A stretch of 64,000 nt of DNA, taken from NCBI GenBank assembly GCA_030390025.1, contig CM059435.1, forward strand, positions 98,456,001 to 98,520,000. Reading direction: 5' to 3'. Positions 49,426-61,664 of this stretch are shown here, piece by piece. How positions within the stretch are numbered: position 1 is the stretch's first letter; each line of letters opens with the position of its first letter. The translations under genes were made by a program, and so were the position numbers. Under the pieces are notes generated by a model that made no database searches, was not told the DNA's origin, and saw only the letters and a program-made list of their open reading frames with translations. This stretch comes from Squalus acanthias. Taxonomy: Eukaryota.

Positions 49426-50326
49426 ACTCAGTGCTGTATTCAGTAATGAAGTACATAGACTGAATTACAGTCACAAGTATATAAACTGTATTGGAAACCT
49501 TTGGGCCGGAACACCAGTGATCCCACTTGCTGCCATAATAATGGCAGAATGAGACTTTCTGTTTGCTGGTGAGGAAACTGCCTGACCCCATTAAATCTCC
49601 TTCAATTTGCATATTCTTAGCAGACACCCACAGCAGTACTGGCACAACTTGGGATAGGGATGCAAAATGCAATGCTGACCAGGCACTTGTGGGTGAAAAC
49701 AGCAGGTCTGACCAAAGACTTCAGTTCAAACTTGAAATTGGCTGATTTCATTAGGGCCAAATTTGCAGTCTAAGTATTTCAGACCATGAAACTGGCCTGG
49801 AACATACTTGTAGATCTCACTTCTGCTGCTGGTGGAACTGTACGTCTGCCTATTACATTGGGAGCACTGGAGGTGGGAATTCTGACAAATGACGTAATTC
49901 CACTGGTCCTGCCTTCTTTAATCACATCAGGCTGTAAAGGGGCGGATGCATCAGCAAGCTGTCCCTGGTCATACAGGAAATTCCATCATAAGTTCCAACA
50001 GGGTGGAGATCTGGCATAGCCTGCTGCCATTTCCATTGCTAAAGGGCTTTGCTCATCCCAGATGTGCCCCTACATCCACTGGCAAACACAGGGATTTTCA
50101 GGGCCTAAGTTTCCATTCTATATTTCTTTCTAAGGCAGAGTATTTAATATAGTACATTGAGCTCAATATGTGAAAGAGTGTATCATTTTATCTATTGTAA
50201 TATTTTTAGTTTTGAGCAACCCTAAGACAACTAGAAAGCATGTGTAATTGTCAAATCATTGAAACCTGTCTTTCTATATAGATTATAGCTCCTCAAAGAT
50301 TGTTCGCTGATCATTTTGTTTTTCAG

Positions 50327-50510
50327 TGCAAATATCTTGTTGGATGGTAAATGTGTTCCTAAGATTTCAGACTTTGGACTTACTCGTGCTTCATCACATT
50401 TAACACAGACAATGTTAACTGAGAAAATCGTAGGCACAACTGCATATATGGCCCCAGAGGCATTGCGTGGGGAAATTACTCCAAAGTCGGATGTTTTTAG
50501 CTTTGGCGTG
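50327..50510 (+). CDS. IRAK4: IRAK4 coding exon 8 (DFG to APE activation segment)
   Basis: [22 protein letters not shown]…[28 protein letters not shown]; 184 nt. Confidence 0.97.
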
Positions 50511-51811
50511 GTAAGTACTTGTGGTTATTTTCCCCGAGACCTGAATGAGTAAAATGTTCTCCAGTTTAGTGTCAGCAAAACTGTTGGATTGTATGTCTCA
50601 GAAAACTGAAGTTATAAATAAACTTCATACTTAGAAGAATGGATTATCCACCCAAAATCAGCACCATATTTTTGATTTTCCTGAGGGCTATTGGTGGGCT
50701 CCTGCTTCTTGGTGGGAATATCGCCAGAAGCCCGAGACAAATTCCTGATGACCCCTCAACCCAGGAAACTGGACTGGAGTCAGAGTCAGGATTGGGGGCA
50801 AAAGACCTGTCCCAAACCTTTCAGGGCAGGATCAGGAAAATCCAACACATTATCTGAATGTTGTTATTAATTTTAAATATTCACCTAATATTTGACCATT
50901 GGCATTTAAGGAGAAATGGAATTTTAGAGCCACGTTCAATATAAGTTTCAGAAAAAAACAACTAAACTGACTGTGACCGTGGTGCATTATCCCTCCTCAT
51001 CCTCTCTGCAGTCTTTAACACAATTGCCCACAACATCCTCTTCCAATGGCTCTCTTCTTTAACCCCTCCACCGCTCCATCTCTTGCTTTTACACCCTCAC
51101 TAAAATCTACCTCTTTGACCAAGTTTTTAGTCTCCTCTCCTCCTTTGGCTTGGCATCCATTTTGTTGCTTGCATCTGTGAAATGCATTGGTATGTTTTTC
51201 TACTTTAAAGACATCTCAAATGCAAGTTATTGTAAAGTCAAGTTGAAAGCCATAAAAATCATAACCTCAAGGTGAACAAATCCAAAGAATAAATATATAT
51301 GGGGAATTAACACCATACAAAAAATTAGTAACTGATAGTTCTGTTAATAAAGTACCCATTGTGAAAGTAGGAAAAAATACTATGATGTTCCATATGATTC
51401 ACATTTTCACAGCATTCACTGATTATTACCATTTGCTAAATGTAGTTTTACAGTAAAAGTTTGCACTATCCACAAATGACAATGCAAGTTTACATTACCC
51501 TTATTAAAATGGCAATTATAAATACCGCCGCATTAAGGAAGGTCCATCAGTGTGAAAAGATTAACACAAAAAGTCTAATTGTAGGGTATCAAATTATAAT
51601 TGCATACCTGTGACAAAACACATTTTTATGTTGGGTCCCTGTAGTCCTAAAGCTAGGGAGATTTGTTCCCATTGGATTTCCCTCTTTCCCCTCTCCATCC
51701 CCCAAAAAGTAATCTGGCAAAGAAGCAATATTTACAAATGTTGTAGTTTTAAAATATTCAGGATAACTTGTGAAAAATATGAATAACTGTGCATTTCTGC
51801 CTCTTGCACAG

Positions 51812-51874
51812 GTTTTACTAGAAATAATAACAGGACTTCCACCAGTTGATGAACATCGTGAACCACAACTATTG
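51812..51874 (+). CDS. IRAK4: IRAK4 coding exon 9
   Basis: VLLEIITGLPPVDEHREPQLL; 63 nt. Confidence 0.95.
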
Positions 51875-52264
51875 GTAATGCAACACTCTCATATTTCCAT
51901 TTGTATAACTAAATGGGCACCAATGCAACTTAATAGGGTTGATGTCTCGTGTTCCAGTGTGGGGAAAATTTAAAGTTCTGTCCCCTCTCCCCTTTGTTCT
52001 TTTCCATACATGCTAAGAAGTCAAATTCTGATGCACTGAAGTGATAGTATTGTGCAACAGTATAGTTGCAGAATTGTGTTAATTTAAGGATTTGAATATT
52101 TAAAGAAAACAAATTAACCGACCACTGTGTTGTGTTGGATTCAATCTGATAATCACTAACATTTAAGTGCATCAAATTTGATTTGTATACTGGGGAGGTT
52201 AACAGAATGCTGTTAAAAGAATTAAAAATGAGATCTGATTTTTACTTTATCTTTAATCCTAAAG

Positions 52265-52423
52265 CTTGATATCAAAGAAGAAATTGATGATGAAGAAATG
52301 ACAATTGAGGATTATGTTGATAAAAAGATGAAGGACTGGGACTCTGTGGCAACTGAGAAAATGTATTTAACTGCATGTCAGTGTTTGAATGAAAAGAAGA
52401 ATAAGAGGCCAGATATTAAAAAG
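52265..52423 (+). CDS. IRAK4: IRAK4 coding exon 10
   Basis: [26 protein letters not shown]…[14 protein letters not shown]; 159 nt. Confidence 0.95.
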
Positions 52424-52526
52424 GTTTGTAGCTTTGATATATCTATTCAGGTTAAAGGATGTATGACTATTTTAAATATTTATTTTCTTATTTTTAATGC
52501 AAAAATATTTTTACTGCTATTTACAG

Positions 52527-52568
52527 GTGTATGATTCATTACAAGAGACCTCGTCAATTGCTTCATGA
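52527..52568 (+). CDS. IRAK4: IRAK4 terminal coding exon
   Basis: TTACAG| then [13 protein letters not shown]; total 469 aa; AATAAA at 52721-52726. Confidence 0.85.
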   Translation: MYDSLQETSSIAS

Positions 52569-53774
52569 TGAGATGAAGCCTGGACCCTCGGTTACTGGTC
52601 ACAACAAACGTGTTATTCAGTGCACAGAACAAACTTTGCACCTTGATACATCTACAGTATTCTTGAGTAAACTTTTGTGTGTGTTTATAGGTCCACATAT
52701 TCTTTGTACCATGTCTTCAGAATAAAAGTTCTCATGCACACCATCTACATCATGATCACCATCATGTGCATCAATGTTCTTCTTCCACTTTGGTTGTCTT
52801 TGTTATTTACAAATAGAAAGGAGAAAGCAAAGGTAGAAAAGAACCAATCATATTATGCGAAACCGTTTTCCCGAATGTCAATTTTCTTCACTAATCACAT
52901 TCCACCAAAAAAAAGTTGTACCCAATCACAACCAGCAAAAAAAATCTTGGGGATACAGCATGCAACACCCTCTTCAAGAGGAAACCTTTCGATAATATTG
53001 TTGCTTTAAGTGCTGTGAATTGAGATGAGTGAATGTGATTATCTGAACAAATATGTGACTCCATTTATGACATGCTGATGTCAAGACTTCTGGGGTTCCA
53101 TAAACGTCAGACTTGATTTCGGGAGCCAGCCCCACACCATGTTCTGTGCTCCGCATCTGGATTTAATTTTCTTTCAATCCAGAATCACCAGCCCCAGTAC
53201 CCACACATCCGAAGTTCAACCCAGCATGCGCCCTCATCCTAAACCTTGTGCTGGCCTCCATCTGGAGCTGCCACACCTAGTTTCACCAGATACAGACTAA
53301 CCTCACCTTCACCCTGCAAAGCTAACAATTAACTGCATTTCCAAAACCAGTTCAGAATCTATTCATGTGTCAGCATAAAGCTAGGAATGTAATTTAAATT
53401 ACAGACTCAAACTGGCTTCATTACCATATTCATAACTGCAAATGAGAAAAATGGTGAACTAGGGCCTATCCCAACCAGCAGCACTGTTTAATATATTTGA
53501 ACTTTTATATGGAAACCATTTTAGTCTTTATTCCATTTAATTTTAAATAGTTAAAAATGATGCACAGGGTGTTTTTCTAGTTTATTTTGCTAAACTAACT
53601 TATATACTGAGTGTATATACATGGCATATATACAAATATATCTTCTAAGTCCCTATTGAAATTCAATCTTGTGATTCAAACAAGAATGATTGACAGATTG
53701 TTAGGCAAGGGTATCATGGGATATGGAGCAAAGGCAGGTAAATGGAGTTGAGATATTGGTCTAATAGAATGATG

Positions 53775-53902
53775 ATGTGGAGATGCCGGTGTTGGACTGG
53801 GGTGGACAAATGTGAGAAGTCGCACAACACCAGGTTATAGTCCAACAGTTTTATTTGAAATCACAAGCTTTCGGAGCGCTGCTCCTTCGTCAGGTGAAGT
53901 CA
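53775..53902 (-). mobile_element. Short Penelope-like insert with 13-bp TSD
   Basis: Flanked by TAATAGAATGATG (53762-53774 and 53903-53915); carries a hammerhead motif near its 5' end. Confidence 0.8.
53861..53897 (-). ncRNA. Minimal type I hammerhead ribozyme motif
   Basis: UCAC-CUGACGA-A-GGAGC-AGC-GCUCC-GAA-AGCU-U-GUGA: conserved core, 5-bp stem II, palindromic AGCU in place of stem III, 4-bp stem I. Confidence 0.7.
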
Positions 53903-55431
53903 TAATAGAATGATGGAACGGGCTCGAGGGGCCGAACGGCCTACTCCTGTTCCTACGTTAATAAAATGTCTCTGTCAGCGCTTCCTTAAAATTTGATAAA
54001 GATATCCTGCAGCATTATAGGTAGACTAACTAGACCCCACTCAAAGGTATTAGTCAATAAGCTTCTGCCAATTCAGGTGCACAGTGGTGCTGTTACTCCT
54101 GTTCCTCCACCTCATGTCTGTGCAGGCCTCCTTGTACTGATGCTGGTGATCCTTTTCTTCAGTCTTGTACTTGCACTAATGCACCTTTTGGCCTAATATC
54201 TTTACTGCTTTTCAGCCTCCAGTTTAAGCATTTCTAACTAGTGCGCAGAAGCTTTATCCTCTGCTGTCAGGTGAGCCAATTCCATTTCTCTGTTTACATC
54301 TTTGAGACCAAGTATTAATTGTCACTACTTTTTGTTCCTAATGAATTACTTTAATTTAAACTTTACACATCCTGTTTGGTCTGCATGCAACATGTGTACC
54401 ACTTTAGTTACAATTTTGCAATGAATAGTTCAGTTTTGTGTTCACAGCAAAAATGCAGTTTTCACAAGTATATCCACATCTCTTATGAACTGAAGCTTTC
54501 ACCCTTGTGCATGACGTGAATGAGGCACTAACAATAGCCCTGTTATTGCATTATTTTGCACTGGAGACTATGTGGGCTCTTCTGTCCATTTCAAAGAGAG
54601 CAAATATCACAAACAGAACATATTACTTGGGCTAAAACCAAGTCAAATTTGTTTACAAACAAGATAATTACACAGAGGCAGAAGGAACACAGCAAGTTAG
54701 TAGTAAAATACTAAAACGGTTCCAAAAATCCTTGTGCTGCTCAATACAAATTTGTTGTTTCCATACTGTGATTAATACATCACTGAACTACCAAGCAGTG
54801 AAAACAAAATTGAGAGTCAGTGATCTTTACACATGATAAACCTATCCATTACACGAACTGATTTTATTTAATGCTCCTGTAAGACTGCCCACAAGACAAG
54901 TACACTGCGAGCACTGCAAAAATGTTAAAACTTGAGAATTTAAACAGTACTTTGGTAGCTTGCCTTCAGATTCCTAGTGCTGGAAAAGAACTGACTGTTC
55001 GGTCAGCTCTTTTCTAATATTAGAAATGTTTACAATTAGGCAAAACCCTGCTCTGTACATGCATAAACCCAGAGTTCTCCTGGACCAGAGTGGTGCATGC
55101 AGGCATTATACCTGCAACTGCCCACTTCCCAACTCTCCTGAAGGCACTGACTCTTGCTAGGTAAGGTTGCATAACATTGTTAGCAGTATAGCAGCTTACC
55201 CGAGAGAGAATTTTTTTGTGTGAAAGCCTAGACAGTGATTTAATATGTACATAGAAATTTGTTAGTGATTCGTTATGAGCTAGCTGTAATTTAGAATTTT
55301 CATTTTCCTCTAAAAAGGTTGCAGCACCAAGAGAGAAATGTGATTTTGACCAGTGAAATATTTATTTAATTTACATCATATTGGATATGAGACCGCACAT
55401 GTGCCAGATTGTTTGCAGTGCAAAGAGCAAC

Positions 55432-55950
55432 ACAGTTTTGGTCTCCTTACCGAAGGAAGGATATACTTGCCATAGAGGGAGTGCAACAAAGGTTCACCAG
55501 ACTGATTCCTGGGATGGGGGGATTGTCCAATGGAGGAGAGATTGAGTAGACTGGGCCTATATTCTCTAGAGTTTAGATGCATGAGAGGTGATCTCATTGA
55601 AACATACAAAATTCTTACAGGGCTCGAAAGGGTAGATGCAGGGAGGATGTTTCCCCTGGCTGGGGAGTCCAGAACCAGGGGGTCAGAGTCTCAGAACAAG
55701 GGGTTGGCCATTTAGGACTGAGATGAGGAGAAATTTCTTCACACAGTGGGTGGTGAATCTTTGGAATTCTCTACCCCAGAGGGCTGTGGAGGCTCAGTCG
55801 TTGAGTATATTCAAGAGAGATCGATAGATTATGGGGATAGTGCAGGAAAATGGAGTTGAGGTAGAAGAGCAGCCATGATCTTGTTGAATGGTGGAGCAGG
55901 TTCAATGGGCTGAATGGCCTACTCCTGCTCCTATTTCTTACGTTCTTATG
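55432..55950 (+). mobile_element. CR1 LINE 3' fragment
   Basis: EERLSRLGLYSLEFRCMRGDLIETYKIL…RRNFFTQWVVNLWNSLP, followed by the CR1 tail. Confidence 0.92.
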
Positions 55951-56904
55951 AGCTTATAAAGTCATAATGGTCCTGCATGCATGCTTTCATTTATTTTGTA
56001 ATATAAAACTGCGAAATATTGCTAGCTTTGGTTATCCAATTTGCATACATTAGTGTTTAATGTGCAAAATTCTATATGATTTACAAATCTTAAAATAAAA
56101 CAATTGCTACACAAGTAGTTTTTTTTCTTCAACTGTTATGAAACAGCATGGATAAGATCGAGGCTGCATTCAATAGAGCTAGAATTTAAGGTAAACAAAT
56201 GAACTGAGGTCTAATCAAAATGAAATTTTAACCCTTACCAATGCTAATCAAACACATGTAATTTCTATTTAGTCAGCCAGTGTAAGGGTTAACCACAACT
56301 CAAACAAGTAAGACTCTTATTTTCCAGCAAGAGAGGTTTCATTATATACTGCATGAGAATACAACATTGTGTGCTTGAAATCTGTAATCAGCAGGCAACT
56401 TATTGGAAAGAGAACTTTCTTATCTGGCTGGATGCTGCTTCAAAACTATGAGAATTGCACAACTGCCTTATAGAGAGGGTATACAACAATTTCCAGTAAC
56501 TATTGAGTAGTATCACATACTACTTAAAAAAAAAACCACACCTATTTTTTGATCCAGTGTACTTCAGCTGTAAAGCAGAGCAGTACAAATAATACAGCAC
56601 CAGTGGGAAAAACTTTCAGAAGAATGCTATTTACAAAATGAACATTATGGGGACTTGGTCCACATATTGGTTTAAGACCGAGGAGGTCCTTATTGCAGGT
56701 TATAAGGGATGATGATAGATTGAGCTGTCATCTGTTGGGAATGAGAATCCCACAAATTAGACAGAGGGCTGGGTTTCAACAGCCAGTCATGCTAGTCAGG
56801 AGGCAGAGGAAAGCAAACCCCAGACATGTAAATCAGAAAACCATAAAAAGTGACTTTGTGCTGTGTGAAGGCAGACATGAGCAGCTATTACATAGACTTG
56901 CATA

Positions 56905-57275
56905 GTACTTACAGCACAGAAACAGGCCATTTGGCCTAAACAGATCCAGGTCAACAGATCCATGTCAGTGTTTATGCTCCACACAAGCCTCCTCCCACCC
57001 TTCTTCATCTAACCCCATCAACATATCCTTCTATTCCTTTCTCCCTCGTGCTTATCTAGCTTCCCCTTAAATGCGTCTATGCTACTCGCCTCAACTACTC
57101 CTTGTGGTAGTGAGTTCCACGTTCTAACCACTCTGTGGGTAAAGAAGTTTCTCCTGAATTCCCTATTGGATTTATTAATGACTATCTTGTATTTATGGCC
57201 CCTAATTCTGGTCTCGCCCACGATGGAAACATCTTTACGTATACCCTATTAAACCCTTTCATAATCTTAAAGACC
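56905..57275 (-). mobile_element. CR1 LINE 3' fragment (different subfamily)
   Basis: RGHKYKI…RRNFFTHRVVRTWNSLP…DAFKGKLD. Confidence 0.88.
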
Positions 57276-57479
57276 ATCCAGTGACTGGGCTAGGATGTTC
57301 ACGGGAAAATTAAGTTAATTGAGTAGAGCAAACACAGCTCAAGTCCAGGAAAAGAGAATTAAAGAAGAATCTAGGGTGTTGAGGCACTCCAAGTTGAATA
57401 TACTCTTAATTGGAGAAATGGTATAATCCATAAACATCTTTCTCAAATTCTGAGATACCTTCGAATGATACAATGTGTG

Positions 57480-57872
57480 TCAGCCATGGCTCAGTCAGTA
57501 GCACTCTCGCCTGAGTCAGAAGGTTGTAGGTTCAAGTCTCATTCCAGTACACAATCCAGGCTGACACGTCAATGCAGTACTGAGGGTGTGCTGCACTGTC
57601 GAAGGTGTCATCTTTCGGATGAGATGTTAAACAGAGGCCACTCAGGTGGACATAAAAGATCCCATGACACTATTCGAAGAAGAGCAGGGGAGTTCTCCTC
57701 AGTGTCCTGGCCAATATTTATCCCTCAATCAACATCACTAAAAATAAATAAATTATCTGACTGCTGTTTGAGAGACCTTGCTGTGCGCAAATTAGCTGCC
57801 ACGTTTCCTACATTACAACAGTGACAACATTTCAAAAGTACTTCATTGGTTGTAAAGCGCTTTGGGACATCC
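57480..57872 (+). mobile_element. Deu-domain SINE
   Basis: CAGCCATGGCTCAG…GGTTCAAGTC head and the same core as 44212. Confidence 0.88.
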
Positions 57873-58513
57873 AGAGAAGCCAAACCTGGTACCAATTTGA
57901 ACAAAAATGCCTGCACTTCAAATTATCTTTCTCCTTGACTGAATTGCCTGATGCTATTTAGGTCTTTTAACTCTTAAGAAACTGAGCAGGGATGCATTAT
58001 TTGGGAAGGGTTGATTTGACAAGAAACTAACCACCTTGTCACATATTAATACTTACCACAGATTTAGAAATCAGAATGGTAGTAATTTCATATAACATTT
58101 AGAAACAAGACTGCCTTACTAGCAATATGTCAACATTACTATTTGATATACAGAAAATATTGGTAAAACAAACATCTGTGGATCAAATTAAAGTCAACCT
58201 TTTAAATTTGGGTTAATGATTAGGTGCCAGTGGCAGTGTTCTGAATGGAAAAATACACACAACACAATTTTTTTGAGATTCAGTCTTCTATTCTTACAGG
58301 AAAACTCTTTTCATTAAATATTACAATGATAACATTTGAATTTTAGAAGGCTGATATATAGAGGAATATTGCATACACTTGTTTAACCTAAAATTCAAGA
58401 AAATGAAATTTTGGGATTAGAATTATAGACTAGAGCTTTACATTATGTGTCTCAGTTACTGACCTAACAAGGAAACAAAAAAATGCATAGCAGGAATTTG
58501 CGAGATCAATATA

Positions 58514-58876
58514 CAGGAAACTCTTTATTAACCGGCACCCAAATATCTGGAAATCTCTCTGAACCGGCAAAATTCTTGAGTAGGTAACCGGGGTTTTCCT
58601 TCATCTCTCGTTTAAAATTAACTTTAAAAAAAAACCGAGGCGTTTGCCTTGTATCGGAGCGTGTAGATTGGGAGGGGAATGTGCAGCCCGGGTAGGCAGC
58701 GGACACGACAGATGGTCAGCTGGCGGTCCCCGGGGAGACGGAGCTCCGAATGCAGGCGCATGTCAATGTGTACGGGGCTCTCGTACGTTGGGAGATATAA
58801 CTCTCCATTATCCGGACTTTTTGATTAACCGGCACCACGCCGGTCCCGTCGGTGCCGGTTAATAAAGAGTTTCCTG
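58514..58876. mobile_element. Tc1/mariner (pogo/Tigger-like) MITE, 363 bp
   Basis: Perfect 26-bp TIRs CAGGAAACTCTTTATTAACCGGCACC / GGTGCCGGTTAATAAAGAGTTTCCTG with TA on both flanks; CpG-rich interior. Confidence 0.92.
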
Positions 58877-59770
58877 TATATTACAATGTAATTGGTTAAA
58901 GCTAAATTGTGATCTTTGACAGTCAAATTAACATGAAGGCATTGGTTCTTCACAAATGATTTGATGTGCAACAGGAAGAATTGGTATTCTTGTTATGTAA
59001 ATACATATAGAATTAATTTGTCATGTCAATTTCAACTCCAAGCCTATTGATCCCTGTAGTTGAGACTGATTTCGCAAGCCTCACTGTGTACCATTGAGAT
59101 ATGGTTTGAAGTTAATAGCATTTACTTTACTGCAGACATCAGCATCCAGCTACAGCAAGGAACCAAACTGGATTACCACCCACATGTGAACTGATGTGAA
59201 ATGCATGGTTGGGCAGTTGGGTTTCTGTACAATCCATACCACATGATTAAATCCAGTATAAAATATTTAAGAATTTTATTCGGATCTATTTAGTTTTATA
59301 TAGTTTGACAGTATTAAAGTTCCATTAAGTAAGAAAGTAGAGAAACTTGGCACAATTGTCAAAGTGAGATCCAGTTTGGTTTGCTCTAAATAAATGCAGA
59401 TTGCACCACTGACCAAAACAGAAAAAAGAGTGACAAAAACACCAAGAAAGCAAATCCAGTGTTAACTGTATGGTGCATCAATTCAAAAAGGTAACAAAGA
59501 GTAACAACTTTTATCCATTAACACAATAACAGCATCACTAGGGATGGAGAGAAGAAAAAGCGTTAATGCTGGAAATCTGAAAATGAAAGTACCAACAGCG
59601 CTAGAGTCTAACTCAACATTCCAGACTTTGTAAACAAAACAAGCAACACAAAAAAAGATTCGAGTCTGTTGTAAAACGACATGGAATGGCATCAGTATGT
59701 AAAATTAGTGTTAAATATCAAGCTTTTAAAAAATTGTTCGACAAAGCAAAACCTTGGAATGATTACAACT

Positions 59771-59938
59771 TTAATCAGTTTTGTCAGGTTCTGCTGGCCC
59801 CCGTATTAATCGTCTTATTCCCCTCTTGCCTGCAGGACCCTTCGGTTTGGCAAAGATCTGCCTGTGTGCATGCTGCTTTGGATGAACCTCCTCGTACAAG
59901 AAATCAGCGGTCAGCTCATTGCCATCATCAATTTCAAT
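59771..59938 (-). CDS. TWF1: Twinfilin-1 terminal exon (C-terminal tail)
   Basis: [48 protein letters not shown]…*; the [11 protein letters not shown] tail and IRAK4 adjacency favour TWF1 over TWF2. Confidence 0.95.
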   Translation of the reverse strand: MEIDDGNELTADFLYEEVHPKQHAHRQIFAKPKGPAGKRGIRRLIRGPAEPDKTD

Positions 59939-60728
59939 CTGTAGAAAAGTGAACCAGTTTTTTTTTTTAAATACATAAAAACAAATGACAGATTCAAACA
60001 AATTTGAGGACAAGACGCATTTTCACCAAAGGAATGATATCAAGACTGCAACTCTATTTGCCGTAAGTGTAAAAGAGAGAAATATATAGGATATCAAAAC
60101 AGTTCAATTATTCAAATTTTACTACTACCACCAAGTAATAGACATCTTCACATATTTGCACAAATAGGACCCACAATGGGCTAGTATTAACTGGTCTTAC
60201 ACTCAGTAAAACTGCTAGTTTGTTTAGTGTTGGCATGCTCAGGAGGCGCTGGCTGTAAGGTTATTTAATAAAGTCATTAAATCTTGCACCAAGATGACCT
60301 TCAATTGGGCATATTGTTGAATTTATGAAAGACTGTGGCACCACTTTTCCAGGGTTAAACCTAAGCATGCAACAGAGATAAAAATGCTTGGAAATAAATC
60401 AGTAGCCTTTTCATGGTTAAGGCTTAGTGTCATGCTTTTGTGAGGAGTTTACGTTTTAGCAGCAAATAGCACAATGTCAAACATTATGAACAATGAATTT
60501 AGACAGCTTGCCATGCAGCTAAATGGACTGACTAACGGGAAAATGGACACCATCAATTTGCAGTATTATTAGGAGAAAATAAAATGGAGCTAGCAGCAAT
60601 ACTTGATACAGAGTGAGTTGGAAGAAGAATTGGGAGATTCTGTATTGTTTGTTTCTTGGTTGTCAAAGAATAACATGGAGATGAATAACTGGGACAAATA
60701 AGCTAAAGGAGTTTGAGAGAATATTTAC

Positions 60729-60850
60729 CTTTTTAGTTATTTCCAGAGCTATTTGTTTTTCCACCATATCAATCAAGGGACTCTTACAACTGGAGTATAA
60801 CATTCGCTCTCGAATACTACATGTGTAGCCAGGCATCGAGTATATAAACA
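60729..60850 (-). CDS. TWF1: Twinfilin-1 penultimate exon
   Basis: [41 protein letters not shown]; 122 nt. Confidence 0.96.
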
Positions 60851-61436
60851 CTGGAAGACAGATAAATATTTATGTTCAAAGAAACAATTTTTAACAATCA
60901 TCTTACTTAGAAAGGGATTAAAAAAGTAAACATTTTATATTCCCCTTCGCAAGAGAAAGCAACTAATTTTGTCTGCCAAAATTGGTTAATATTTGTTCAC
61001 AGAACAAGGACATCAATGCTTCCTGGTGTAATCCTCATCAGTAGTGGTAAAGGACTACTGGCCACCGCTTATATGGATATGGTGCTGCCGTTGATGAAAC
61101 ATGATAGAACTAGCCCTGACTCACACCTTGCGCTTCCTGTTGACTGATGATACAGTAATATTGACAGGAGCTCAGGAGAGGTCTGCACAAAAGCCAATAT
61201 GCTCTTCCTGCTAAAGGAAGTTCCAGTAAAGAAATCCAGGAAAGGGGGATTTTGGAGAGAAAGTTCATTTACAAAAAAAAAATCATCCTTAAAAAGTAAA
61301 TTTCTGTTGTTTATGTACTGCAGAAGGTTTTTATTATCTCATGGATTCAACAACAGGCATCTCAAGTTCAAACACACAATCACATGGCAAGCTTACAAGA
61401 TTGCAATGGAACCAATATTATGAAAGAAATCTATAC

Positions 61437-61587
61437 CTATAGACTCCAAGTAGTCTCCTTCATAAGAGTGCTTATAGAGGAAGAAATGATAACGAGCAGA
61501 ATCCTTTGGTACACGCTTTGGTAAGTCTCCTATCTCCGTATGGGTTGTATCTGCCAACTTTATAGTTTCTTGATTAAAGTCTATTTT
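61437..61587 (-). CDS. TWF1: Twinfilin-1 exon (second ADF-H domain)
   Basis: [50 protein letters not shown]; 151 nt. Not in the supplied ORF track. Confidence 0.95.
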
Positions 61588-61664
61588 CTGCCAACAGAAA
61601 TAGATGATACATTGAATTACTGATGATAAAAATAAAAGTGAAATGCACTCTGTGGTGAGAGAGG

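Larger units (their letters stand above)
53655..53960 (+). mobile_element. CR1 3' end, interrupted by the Penelope-like insert
   Basis: GGATATGGAGCAAAGGCAGGTAAATGGAGTTGAG…[insert]…GGCTCGAGGGGCCGAACGGCCTACTCCTGTTCCTA. Confidence 0.8.

Noticed and set aside
59617-59624. ACATTCCA, a perfect miR-1 8mer
   Set aside because: On the plus strand, antisense to TWF1 mRNA and about 7 kb past the IRAK4 poly(A) signal.
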